From positions 1 to 15,673 of the forward strand of contig PRDH01000079.1 in NCBI GenBank assembly GCA_003345545.1: 15,673 nt of DNA, written 5' to 3'. This DNA comes from Candidatus Thorarchaeota archaeon (lineage in GTDB: Archaea; Asgardarchaeota; Thorarchaeia; Thorarchaeales; Thorarchaeaceae). Positions 1 to 7,462 of the stretch are shown piece after piece; position 1 is the first letter of the stretch; the number at the start of each line of letters is the position of its first letter. The notes below the pieces were generated by a model. That model saw nothing but the letters and a program-made list of their open reading frames with translations, made no database searches and was not told the DNA's origin. The translations under genes were made by a program, and so were the position numbers.

Positions 1-305
1 AGATCCTCATCGATGAATGAGAGCGCTTTGATTCTTCCTTCTTCATGGCTTATCGATGGACTCGGAAGATTAAGCTGGTATGTCCCTGCCCATCCCGGCC
101 CTGACCAGTTGCCGGTGATGATTGCAGAATCAGTTTCATTCGATAATAGAGGAGCAAACGCAGTCTGAGCAATTTCAACACCTGGCTCAGGAATATCTAA
201 AGTGCTCGTTCCTGCCATCGAACTCAGTAAGAGGGGGACAGCGAGGCCAGAGGTCATCGCTGCAGTAGCGATGAGCACAATGGTAATGACTCCTCTCCTA
301 AACAC
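1..305 (-). CDS. Secreted or membrane-anchored hypothetical protein, 5' part (runs off the left edge)
   Basis: Manual translation of the minus strand is open from GTG 305 (alternative GTGs at 314/317, stop just upstream) to base 1: MFRRGVITIVLIATAAMTSGLAVPLLLSSMAGTSTLDIPEPGVEIAQTAFAPLLSNETDSAIITGNWSGPGWAGTYQLNLPSP... It has a basic N-terminus plus hydrophobic stretch, a GGTGA RBS at 315-311, and sequons NET and NWS. Absent from the ORF track because it is truncated. Confidence 0.8.
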   Translation of the reverse strand, partial: MFRRGVITIVLIATAAMTSGLAVPLLLSSMAGTSTLDIPEPGVEIAQTAFAPLLSNETDSAIITGNWSGPGWAGTYQLNLPSPSISHEEGRIKALSFIDED

Positions 306-434
306 CGCTTTCACCACTTACGACAAGTATTTCAAAATACACAAGGAGCTTTTTTGCTCTTAATTCTAACATTTGAGCTTCCAGACACCATGGTGAGCTA
401 GTCTTAGAACTAGACTAATCGAACGATTGCAGAG

Positions 435-872
435 CTAGATAGTGGGTCTGCTCCTCCACATACTCACAGCCTCGTACAAGAAAACGATTATCGAGAATGA
501 TGAGAAGACAACGAGTAGGATGAAATGGGGTGTCAGATACCATCCGAACAGCCACAATGCTCCAATAAGGTATGATATGGCGAAGAGCGAGTAGAACACA
601 TAGCGTGGGAGAAAAAAACCGTCCAGTCCAACAAAGAATCGGAGGATTCCAACTCTGATGTATTTTGTCACGCGAAATCCGTCGATCTGGTCCATCTCAA
701 CCAATTCGAGGTCTTCAAGCTTCTTCAGATGGTATAGCACCAAGCTTGGACTTGAGATTCCCATTCTCCGCTGGATTTGTCTTGCCGAGATTGGTTTTGT
801 CTGTCTAAGAAGAAAGAAGTATACTGCAAGAGTCTTCCCCTTCAAGTCATCCAAAGTTTGATCATCATCCAT
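435..872 (-). CDS. Membrane-anchored winged-helix (ArsR/MarR-like) transcriptional regulator
   Basis: N-terminal wHTH (TLAVYFFLL..PISARQIQRRMGISSPSLVLYHLKKLEDLELV) followed by two hydrophobic TM segments. ATG 872 is preferred over GTG 887 because GAGGGG lies just upstream of it. Confidence 0.85.
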   Translation of the reverse strand: MDDDQTLDDLKGKTLAVYFFLLRQTKPISARQIQRRMGISSPSLVLYHLKKLEDLELVEMDQIDGFRVTKYIRVGILRFFVGLDGFFLPRYVFYSLFAISYLIGALWLFGWYLTPHFILLVVFSSFSIIVFLYEAVSMWRSRPTI

Positions 873-1018
873 GCATGAACCCCTCACATACTAATCTGAA
901 GTGTAGCCATAATAATGATTCTAGAGATTGCGGTGTTACCTTGGTTTGTAGATGTCACAAGCCATATAACGAAGCTGAACCTAGCGCGAACCATCCTTAG
1001 GAAATGGAGACTCCACAT

Positions 1019-2341
1019 ATGAGTAAACACAAGGAACTTTACGATCAAGTCTTCCGTTTGTTGGAATCCCATGATGACTGGATGACAAAAACCATCAATC
1101 TCATTGCCTCGGAGAACGTGAGTTCGCCAGCAGTCAGATCAGCAATAGTGTGCGACTTCAGAGACCGCTATGCAGAGGGCTGGCCGGGAGAGAGAGTCTA
1201 TGCAGGATGCAAGTACATAGACCAAGTCGAGCTGATCACCATCGACCTTGCAAAGAAGCTGTTCAAGGCAGAGTTTGCAGATGTTCGACCAGTTTCGGGC
1301 GTCGTAGCAAATCTGGCTATGTATACGGCGGTCATGGAGCCACTGGACAGGATGATGGCACTGTCTATTGCCCACGGAGGCCATATCTCTCACGCAAGGA
1401 AGGACCTCGGCGGTACCGCAGGTCAGATTCGTGGCCACAAGGTGCGCAATTGGATATTTGATGACAAGGAGTTCAATATTGATGTTGATGCGAGTATCAA
1501 AGAGATAAGGGAACTACAAGGAAAAGGCGATGAGATCAAGTTCCTGCTCTTTGGTGCGAGTGTATTCCCATTTCCACACCCAGTAAAGGAGTTCCGTGAG
1601 ATTGCAGACGAGTACGGGATGACGATTGGGTATGACTCAGCTCATGTCTCTGGTCTGATCGCCAGTGGCTTCTTCCAAGATCCCCTGAGAGAGGGCGCAG
1701 ACATCGTGACAGCATCGACCCACAAGACAATGCCGGGTCCGCAGCACGGGATCATTTTGGCCAAGGAGAAATTTGCTGATGCTATCAAGCGGGCCTCATT
1801 CCCAGGTCTGCTGAGCAATCACCATCTGCACAATGTTGCAGGTTTAGCCATCGCGCTTGCAGAGATGACGGAGTTTGGAGTGGCCTATAGTAAGCAAATC
1901 ATGAAGAATGCTAAGGCACTAGCCCAAGCACTTCATGAGAGAGGCTGGCAAGTCATCGCCGAGCACAAGGGTTTCACTCAGTCACATGTAGTTCTTGTGG
2001 ATGTCACAGAAACCCCGTTGAGTGATGGAGCGGCTGTTGAAAAGACCCTGGAGAATGCAAACATAGTCATCAACCGCAATCTTCTGCCATGGGACAAGAA
2101 GAGAGGTCGGGACTATAAGACACCAGGCGGAATTCGACTTGGTACGAGCGAGATGACCCGACTGGGAATGAAGGAGTCCGAGATGGATGCAATTGCGGAA
2201 CTCATGACACGAGTGGTCATGAAGGGCGAAGATGTCAAGAAAATCGCAGCCGAGGTCGGAGAGTTCCGCAAGGACTACCAGAAGGTGCATTTTGCCTTCG
2301 AAACTGAAACTCCTGCCTATGCTCATCTCAGGTTCAGGTGA
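1019..2341 (+). CDS. glyA: Serine hydroxymethyltransferase, archaeal type
   Basis: Motifs INLIASEN, YAEGWPGERVYAGC, HGGHISH, YDSAHVSGL, STHKT (PLP lysine) and GIRLGT. ATG 1019 has GGAG upstream; the track start at 1004 is the alternative. Confidence 0.97.
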   Translation: MSKHKELYDQVFRLLESHDDWMTKTINLIASENVSSPAVRSAIVCDFRDRYAEGWPGERVYAGCKYIDQVELITIDLAKKLFKAEFADVRPVSGVVANLAMYTAVMEPLDRMMALSIAHGGHISHARKDLGGTAGQIRGHKVRNWIFDDKEFNIDVDASIKEIRELQGKGDEIKFLLFGASVFPFPHPVKEFREIADEYGMTIGYDSAHVSGLIASGFFQDPLREGADIVTASTHKTMPGPQHGIILAKEKFADAIKRASFPGLLSNHHLHNVAGLAIALAEMTEFGVAYSKQIMKNAKALAQALHERGWQVIAEHKGFTQSHVVLVDVTETPLSDGAAVEKTLENANIVINRNLLPWDKKRGRDYKTPGGIRLGTSEMTRLGMKESEMDAIAELMTRVVMKGEDVKKIAAEVGEFRKDYQKVHFAFETETPAYAHLRFR

Positions 2342-2373
2342 GGGTCCGATGATGCTCGGACCCCCTACGGGGG
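2342..2373 (+). promoter_or_regulatory. Two overlapping GC-rich hairpins in the glyA-mazG spacer
   Basis: GGGTCCGA-tgatgc-TCGGACCC (2342-2363) overlaps CCCC-TACG-GGGG (2362-2373, a cUACGg tetraloop). The structure is seen directly; function is unknown. Confidence 0.45.
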
Positions 2374-2379
2374 CATTGT

Positions 2380-2682
2380 ATGAGGATTGAAGATGCACAG
2401 GAAATGATGAGAAGAGTCTACCTCGAGAGGGACAGAGCCAGAGGAGTGAGGGGCACTCTTCAGAGGACAGAGGAAGAACTTGCGGAACTTAGCAGGGCTG
2501 TCCTCGAAGGGGGCAACACAGCAGCTCTGGAAGAAGAGGTGGCGGACGTCTTTGCATGGCTCTGCTCCCTTGCAAATCTTCTTACTATCGACGTGTCTGA
2601 GGCGTTCTACAAGAAGTACACAGATGCTTGTTCCAAGTGCAAACAGAGCCCGTGTTCTTGCCCTATGGAGTCCAGAGAGTGA
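2380..2682 (+). CDS. MazG-like NTP pyrophosphohydrolase with C-terminal Cys cluster
   Basis: EEELAEL...EEEVADVFAWLCSLAN fits the all-alpha NTP-PPase ExxE...ExxD pattern; C-terminal CSKCKQSPCSC. Confidence 0.9.
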   Translation: MRIEDAQEMMRRVYLERDRARGVRGTLQRTEEELAELSRAVLEGGNTAALEEEVADVFAWLCSLANLLTIDVSEAFYKKYTDACSKCKQSPCSCPMESRE

Positions 2683-2738
2683 TGAGTCAAGAGAATCATA
2701 GACTGAGCAGGTTCAGTCCATTCTTTGATTTCCTCTGA
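2679..2738 (+). ncRNA. Candidate box C/D 2'-O-methylation guide sRNA
   Basis: Perfect box C GTGATGA (2679-2685, overlapping the mazG stop), CTGA at 2703-2706 (D') and CTGA at 2735-2738 (D), spanning 60 nt. The segment before D' (AAGAGAATCATAG) is antisense at 12/13 positions to the LSU helix 69 sequence CUAUGACUCUCUU as I recall it. No clear C' box. Confidence 0.55.
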
Positions 2739-2817
2739 CCTGTGTATTGACACACGGATGTGTTTCAACAACATGGCTCAACAATTCTAGGTCTGATTCT
2801 CTGAACTATTAGAAGAG

Positions 2818-2825
2818 TTAATAAA
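2818..2825 (+). promoter_or_regulatory. Putative TATA box for Sec61-beta
   Basis: TTAATAAA about 50 nt upstream of ATG 2871. Confidence 0.5.
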
Positions 2826-2870
2826 CCAAACATCTTGTGGAGTCAGAGCGCTCAAGAGAAGGTAGTTAGA

Positions 2871-3065
2871 ATGCCGAAGACCGCTAAAAAGAAGAAAGGA
2901 AAGCGCGGAGAAGGACCGATGCCGAGCGGTGGAGCCGGCTTGATCAGATTCTTTGAAGACGAAACCCCAGGCATCAAGATAGGTCCCACTGTCGTCGTGA
3001 TAATCGCAAGTATTCTTCTGGTCGCTACGGTGATTGCACACATACTCTACCAAATAACAACCTGA
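2871..3065 (+). CDS. sec61b: Preprotein translocase subunit Sec61-beta
   Basis: Basic N-terminus, signature GAGLIRFFEDETPGIKIGP and a single C-terminal TM. ATG 2871 with upstream GAAGGT is preferred over the track start at 2835. Confidence 0.95.
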   Translation: MPKTAKKKKGKRGEGPMPSGGAGLIRFFEDETPGIKIGPTVVVIIASILLVATVIAHILYQITT

Positions 3066-3111
3066 GCAGGTCAATCTGGGTCACAGATTCAGATGGGACA
3101 TGCCCTAAGTG

Positions 3112-3118
3112 TTATAAG
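3112..3118 (+). promoter_or_regulatory. Putative TATA box for the rpl44e operon
   Basis: TTATAAG about 45 nt upstream of ATG 3161; AGGTGA RBS just before the start. Confidence 0.5.
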
Positions 3119-3160
3119 AGACTCTAAGCCGAATCGCACAGTCAAGACAGGTGACTCGCA

Positions 3161-3442
3161 ATGAAGGTAAAAGGCGAACTGAACAAGTACTGTCCACGCT
3201 GCCATAAATACACTGAGCATGCCGTGTCGATCGAGAAGGCTGGAAAGAGACGGAGCATGGCTCAAGGTGAACGTCGTATGAGGAAGAGGACAAAGGGCTA
3301 TGGATCATTCCCGAAGCCAATCCAGCACAAGTTCGCCAAGACAACAAAGAAGACTGTTCTGAAATTCAAGTGCAAGGAATGCGGCCACATCGTTTTGGGC
3401 AAGAGTATTCGAATGAAGAAGGTAGAGGTTGAACGAGCGTAA
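3161..3442 (+). CDS. rpl44e: 50S ribosomal protein L44e (eL42)
   Basis: YCPRCHKYTEH...GYGSFPKP...AKTTKK..LKFKCKECG zinc ribbon; first gene of a conserved archaeal cluster. Confidence 0.97.
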   Translation: MKVKGELNKYCPRCHKYTEHAVSIEKAGKRRSMAQGERRMRKRTKGYGSFPKPIQHKFAKTTKKTVLKFKCKECGHIVLGKSIRMKKVEVERA

Positions 3443-3453
3443 GGTGATTCTTA

Positions 3454-3654
3454 ATGACCAAGGGAGAGATAGTACAGCAACCAAGTTCGCGGTTCCTTAA
3501 GGTAAAGTGTCTTGATTGTGAGAACGAGCAGATTATCTTTGGGAATGCCACAACAGAAGTGAAATGTCTTAAGTGTGGAAAACTACTTGCCAAGCCTAGT
3601 GGAGGCAGAGCCAAGCTCGAGCCGATTGCAAGAGAAGTTGAAGTTCTTCCGTAA
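3454..3654 (+). CDS. rps27e: 30S ribosomal protein S27e (eS27)
   Basis: PSSRFLKVKCLDCENEQIIF...VKCLKCGKLLAKPSGGRA; AGGTGA RBS. Confidence 0.97.
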   Translation: MTKGEIVQQPSSRFLKVKCLDCENEQIIFGNATTEVKCLKCGKLLAKPSGGRAKLEPIAREVEVLP

Positions 3655-3666
3655 GGAGAAGAGAGA

Positions 3667-4461
3667 ATGGTATTCAAACGTGGCGAATGGCCAAATGTGG
3701 ACGACTATGCGATAGCAGTTGCTACCAAGGTCGCCGCATATGGAGCATACGTCACGTTGCCTGAGTATGGTGACAAGGAGGGCTTCATCCATATCTCCGA
3801 GGTCAGCAGTACATGGGTCAGAAATATACGTAACCACATCCATGAGAACCTGCGAGTCGTGGTAAAGATTCTGAAAGTCGATCCTGAGAAGATGCATATT
3901 GACTGCTCGCTCAGGCGTGTTTCTAATGAATCGAAGAGGGCCAAAAACAACGAGTGGAAACGCGCACAGAAGGCTGAGAAGATCCTTGAACTTGTAGCCA
4001 AGGAGAACGATATGACCCTCGAACAGGTCTATGAGAAGCTTGGCTGGCCAATCGAAGATGTCTTTGGCGAGATCTATACGGGACTTGAGCGAGCGGTGGA
4101 CGGGGGCATAGAGGCCCTCGATGAGGTTCAGTCCACAAAGAAACTGAAGAAACAGGTTGCAGACTTTGCAGCACAGAGAATCGAGATTCCATCGGTCGAG
4201 ATTGATGGTGAATTGACCATAAGCGTGCCAGGGCCAGAGGGTGTAGAGGTGATAAAGAAGGCCCTCACAGAGGGACTTGCCAAGGGAAAGTCACACGAGA
4301 AGTCAACAACTGAGATATACACTCTTGGCGCACCCAGATATAAACTCAGAATTGTCAGTCCTGACTACAAACAGGCGGAGGAGGTACTCTCCGAAGTTCT
4401 CGGTCTGATTCAGACGCAGGTTGAGCACGATTCTGGTACTGCAAGTTTTGTGAAGAAGTAG
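3667..4461 (+). CDS. eif2a: Translation initiation factor 2 alpha subunit (aIF2-alpha)
   Basis: S1 domain YGAYVTLPEYGDKEGFIHISEVSSTWVRNIR, IDCSLRRV and C-terminal GAPRYK; canonical gene order. Confidence 0.97.
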   Translation: MVFKRGEWPNVDDYAIAVATKVAAYGAYVTLPEYGDKEGFIHISEVSSTWVRNIRNHIHENLRVVVKILKVDPEKMHIDCSLRRVSNESKRAKNNEWKRAQKAEKILELVAKENDMTLEQVYEKLGWPIEDVFGEIYTGLERAVDGGIEALDEVQSTKKLKKQVADFAAQRIEIPSVEIDGELTISVPGPEGVEVIKKALTEGLAKGKSHEKSTTEIYTLGAPRYKLRIVSPDYKQAEEVLSEVLGLIQTQVEHDSGTASFVKK

Positions 4462-4464
4462 GGA

Positions 4465-4650
4465 ATGACAGTGGCGCATCTCTTCAAATGCACGAAATGC
4501 AACAGATACACTCTCAACCAGAGCGTATGTCCATCGTGCGGAGGTCCTGTGTCAGAACCCGGACCCCCGAAATACAGTCCTCAGGACAAATATGGTGTCT
4601 ATAGACGAAAAGCAAAACGCAAGAGCGTCACTGCACAAGATGTTTCGTGA
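4465..4650 (+). CDS. nop10: H/ACA RNP protein Nop10
   Basis: KCTKCNRYTL..VCPSCGG...PPKYSPQDKYGVYRR, directly after aIF2-alpha. Confidence 0.95.
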   Translation: MTVAHLFKCTKCNRYTLNQSVCPSCGGPVSEPGPPKYSPQDKYGVYRRKAKRKSVTAQDVS

Positions 4651-4660
4651 TGGATTGTCT

Positions 4661-4720
4661 TAGAGAGAAAGTGCGGCAACTGATAGTGAACCAGCTGTCG
4701 CATGATTCATACTCTTTCTA
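4661..4720. terminator. Long imperfect stem-loop between convergent nop10 and aglB; possible terminator or structured RNA
   Basis: GTGCGGCAACTG (4671-4682) pairs with CAGCTGTCGCAT (4692-4703), and outer TAGAGAGA (4661-4668) with TCTTTCTA (4713-4720). On the minus strand the inner hairpin is followed by TTTCTCTCT. Confidence 0.45.
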
Positions 4721-7462
4721 GTAGAGCTGGACTGGAACCCAGAATGTTCTCCATGGACTTGCAAAGATGGGCTCGCCAGTCTTGATGTTGTCCCACCATA
4801 GTAGTCTGATTTGGTAGTTCATTCCAGGAATCATCCCAAGGTCCTGGGGATCTCCGGACTTCAGCGGAAGTAGGAACTCGATGACGCCATTACCAGTCGC
4901 GAACTCGGTGGAGTTCGTGCCAGTGGAGTCCTGAGCCCAAGTACCATCATAGCGAATATGGCCATCGTAGGGCATACCGTTGTAATTCACTATTCGTATG
5001 TCGGAATCGAGAGGCATATCCTCAGGCGAGATCTGAATACCAAAGGCATCATCACCCACCGTGTAGTTGTCCATCTTGATTCCATAGTACATGTGGGTCG
5101 TGTTGGCCCTGGTGTAGATTTGGGATTTGTAGGTTCCAGCAAATGTGTAATCGAAACTGGGCGAAGAGAGCTCAGTTGTTGAGAGGCTACCGTCGAGTGA
5201 AACGCCAAGGTTGGTGCTCACCAGACCAGGAACCCAATCAGCCATTGTCCGGTTCAAGTATTGATAGTACATTGTGTAGTCGATCTCATAGATCTTGACA
5301 GTACCGTAGGCTGAGCTGATGAATGGGTTGACAAATGCACCGTGAAGGTCCACAGGCATGTGCTCCACCCAGTCTTCATCCTCCCAGAAGAGTTTGTCTA
5401 CCTCTATCCTGATGTCAGTGAGCCCAAGGTTGTTAGCCTCTGTTTCATCTTTTGGCTCGCCATAGGACATCAACTTGTAGATTGTTGAACTATAGAATGG
5501 CTCCTGAGTCGAATCATCCGAACCAAGGTATGTTTCATCATCGATGAATGTAGACCCAAACCTGTCCTCGGCGATACGGACCATCCATGGCCACTTGCCA
5601 TCATCGCCACCGAAATAAGTGGATCTGTGGCCCCAATACACCAGTACGTGTGTGGTGTTCCACAGTCTGAATGTCTTCAGTGATTCAGTAAGATTCAGTG
5701 CCATGAGCGCATATCCCATGAGTGCTATCTGCGTACTATTGAACGTCGCATTATCATCGATAGTCTTCGCGTCCGATCCACTATTTATCCAGTAGCCATA
5801 GTCCCACCAAGCACCTATGATGGACCCTGGAGGCAGGACATTCCGAATATAGGTGATAGCGTTCTGCCAATCAGTGGACTGACTGCTATCTGTGAGCGCC
5901 GCTGGCGCAAACTCTGGCCTGCCCACCTGATTTGAAACGTATTGTACGCCAAGTATCACATTGATAGAGAGGAGGAGGCCTATGAACGCAAAGGCCGCGA
6001 GAGCATGCTCAGAGGTGAGTGACGTACTCATCCTAAACCTACGCCTTTCAAACACAGACTTCTGTGTGACGACCTTTGCATAGGGCGCAAGTACGCTATA
6101 GGCAGCCACAGCTGCCAAGACTGCAACACCTGGACCAAGAATCATGCCCAGACGAATCATGCTTCCTGCAAAATAGACAGAGCTCAGGCCATAGATTACC
6201 ATTAGCCAGTCTTCATCACGACCTTTCTTGAACAGGAAGTACATTCCAAGTGGAAAGAAGAAGATTAGGATTAGCAGTGTGTTATAGAATGCACCCCACG
6301 GGCTGGGAAGGTGCTCTGCAACTGAGGCAAGAATCCTCTCATCCAGTCTCGTAAATGGGTTGATTACAGTAAGGAACTTTGACCCAAGAGTCAGAATCGG
6401 GTTCGAGGTGAAGGGTCGGATTGTTAGCGCATAACTTCCTACATAGAGCAAGTAGGCAATGACACCAACAGCTGGTGTAACTATTCCAAGGAGAATGGGC
6501 CTCATATGGGGTGAAAGCACACTTGCCGTGGCTTCTCGATAGTGGCCCACTCGGAGCCAGACCTCGTATAGAATGAGAACTGCGGCTACTCCGATAGGAG
6601 CCAAGGTCGTGAAAGAAGTCAGATTGTTAAAACCAACCCTTGGAATCAAGTTACCAATAAAGAGACCAAGTGATAGAGTGATCAGATAGCTCGAGAGTAA
6701 CCGTTTGCTATAGTGGCCCATCATGAGCATTATGAAAGCATAGAGAGCGAGCAGACCTAGTATGTACTCAGCTGCTCCCCAAGACACCATCAAGTATCCA
6801 AGAGAGAGACCTGCTCCAACAGAGGCTGTCAGGGAACCCCGTTTAAGACCTCTCATGAACAGGAACATAGTGAGAACAATGGCAAAGACACCCACAGATT
6901 CATTGTCATAGAAGCCTGCAACCGTTCTCTGGAGATATGCAGGAATGAAAGCAGCGAAGATGCTAGTAAACAGCCCAACTGTGTTATTCATAAGTTCTCT
7001 GCCGAGGAAAAATGCAATTACTACAGTGAAAGCACCCATGAATGCTGGGAAAGCCAAGGAAACGGTAAGAACATCTATCTTGATGCCCAATCCATTGAGC
7101 AGGAAGTAGAAGAATGAGCTTGTGAAGGGCACTCCTACATAACTGGTCCTGGCCATGTCACGGCCAAAGGGGACCCAAGTTGAATCATCATACCATGTGA
7201 AAAAGGCACTGAATCCATTCTCGGCCACATACCTAGTGACACGAATCTGAAACCAACAGTCGAAAGCGCGTGGGATAGGTTGAGAGTTGATTAGAGGCTC
7301 CAGACGCAGCGCGAGTGCAGCGATGAAAGTGATGATTAGAGTCACAATGATAAGGACTGAACCACGTGAGATCTTCGATTTCGGTCTATGAAATACCTGC
7401 TTCAGGAATCTTCCAGTGGACCTCTTTATCTTCTCAAACGACATGTGGAGTACTCTCTCCAT
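4718..7462 (-). CDS. aglB: Oligosaccharyltransferase catalytic subunit STT3/AglB, eukaryote-like, with extra C-terminal domain
   Basis: About 13 TMs, with RAFDCWF, AGFYDNE (DxE), SVAEH, WWDYG (5795-5809), DNATFNST and GDDGKWPWMVRI (DK motif). ATG 7444 is an alternative start. Confidence 0.96.
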   Translation of the reverse strand: MERVLHMSFEKIKRSTGRFLKQVFHRPKSKISRGSVLIIVTLIITFIAALALRLEPLINSQPIPRAFDCWFQIRVTRYVAENGFSAFFTWYDDSTWVPFGRDMARTSYVGVPFTSSFFYFLLNGLGIKIDVLTVSLAFPAFMGAFTVVIAFFLGRELMNNTVGLFTSIFAAFIPAYLQRTVAGFYDNESVGVFAIVLTMFLFMRGLKRGSLTASVGAGLSLGYLMVSWGAAEYILGLLALYAFIMLMMGHYSKRLLSSYLITLSLGLFIGNLIPRVGFNNLTSFTTLAPIGVAAVLILYEVWLRVGHYREATASVLSPHMRPILLGIVTPAVGVIAYLLYVGSYALTIRPFTSNPILTLGSKFLTVINPFTRLDERILASVAEHLPSPWGAFYNTLLILIFFFPLGMYFLFKKGRDEDWLMVIYGLSSVYFAGSMIRLGMILGPGVAVLAAVAAYSVLAPYAKVVTQKSVFERRRFRMSTSLTSEHALAAFAFIGLLLSINVILGVQYVSNQVGRPEFAPAALTDSSQSTDWQNAITYIRNVLPPGSIIGAWWDYGYWINSGSDAKTIDDNATFNSTQIALMGYALMALNLTESLKTFRLWNTTHVLVYWGHRSTYFGGDDGKWPWMVRIAEDRFGSTFIDDETYLGSDDSTQEPFYSSTIYKLMSYGEPKDETEANNLGLTDIRIEVDKLFWEDEDWVEHMPVDLHGAFVNPFISSAYGTVKIYEIDYTMYYQYLNRTMADWVPGLVSTNLGVSLDGSLSTTELSSPSFDYTFAGTYKSQIYTRANTTHMYYGIKMDNYTVGDDAFGIQISPEDMPLDSDIRIVNYNGMPYDGHIRYDGTWAQDSTGTNSTEFATGNGVIEFLLPLKSGDPQDLGMIPGMNYQIRLLWWDNIKTGEPIFASPWRTFWVPVQLY

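Noticed and set aside
658-2701. Shadow ORFs 658-861, 884-1072, 1139-1438, 1150-1461, 1536-1730, 1982-2398 and 2480-2701
   Set aside because: They overlap well-supported genes (wHTH, glyA, mazG) antisense or out of frame and show no recognisable motifs.
2703-3071. CTGAGCAGGT repeated at 2703-2712 and 3062-3071
   Set aside because: Only two 10-nt copies, one containing the sec61b stop; compatible with chance.
4647-4684. SECIS-like UGAU...UGAU pairing after the nop10 TGA
   Set aside because: The stem is poor, Nop10 is complete at that stop, and no gene in the window has an internal in-frame TGA at a Cys position.
2787-5208. Shadow ORFs over sec61b, the ribosomal operon and aglB
   Set aside because: Antisense or alternative-frame by-products of conserved genes.
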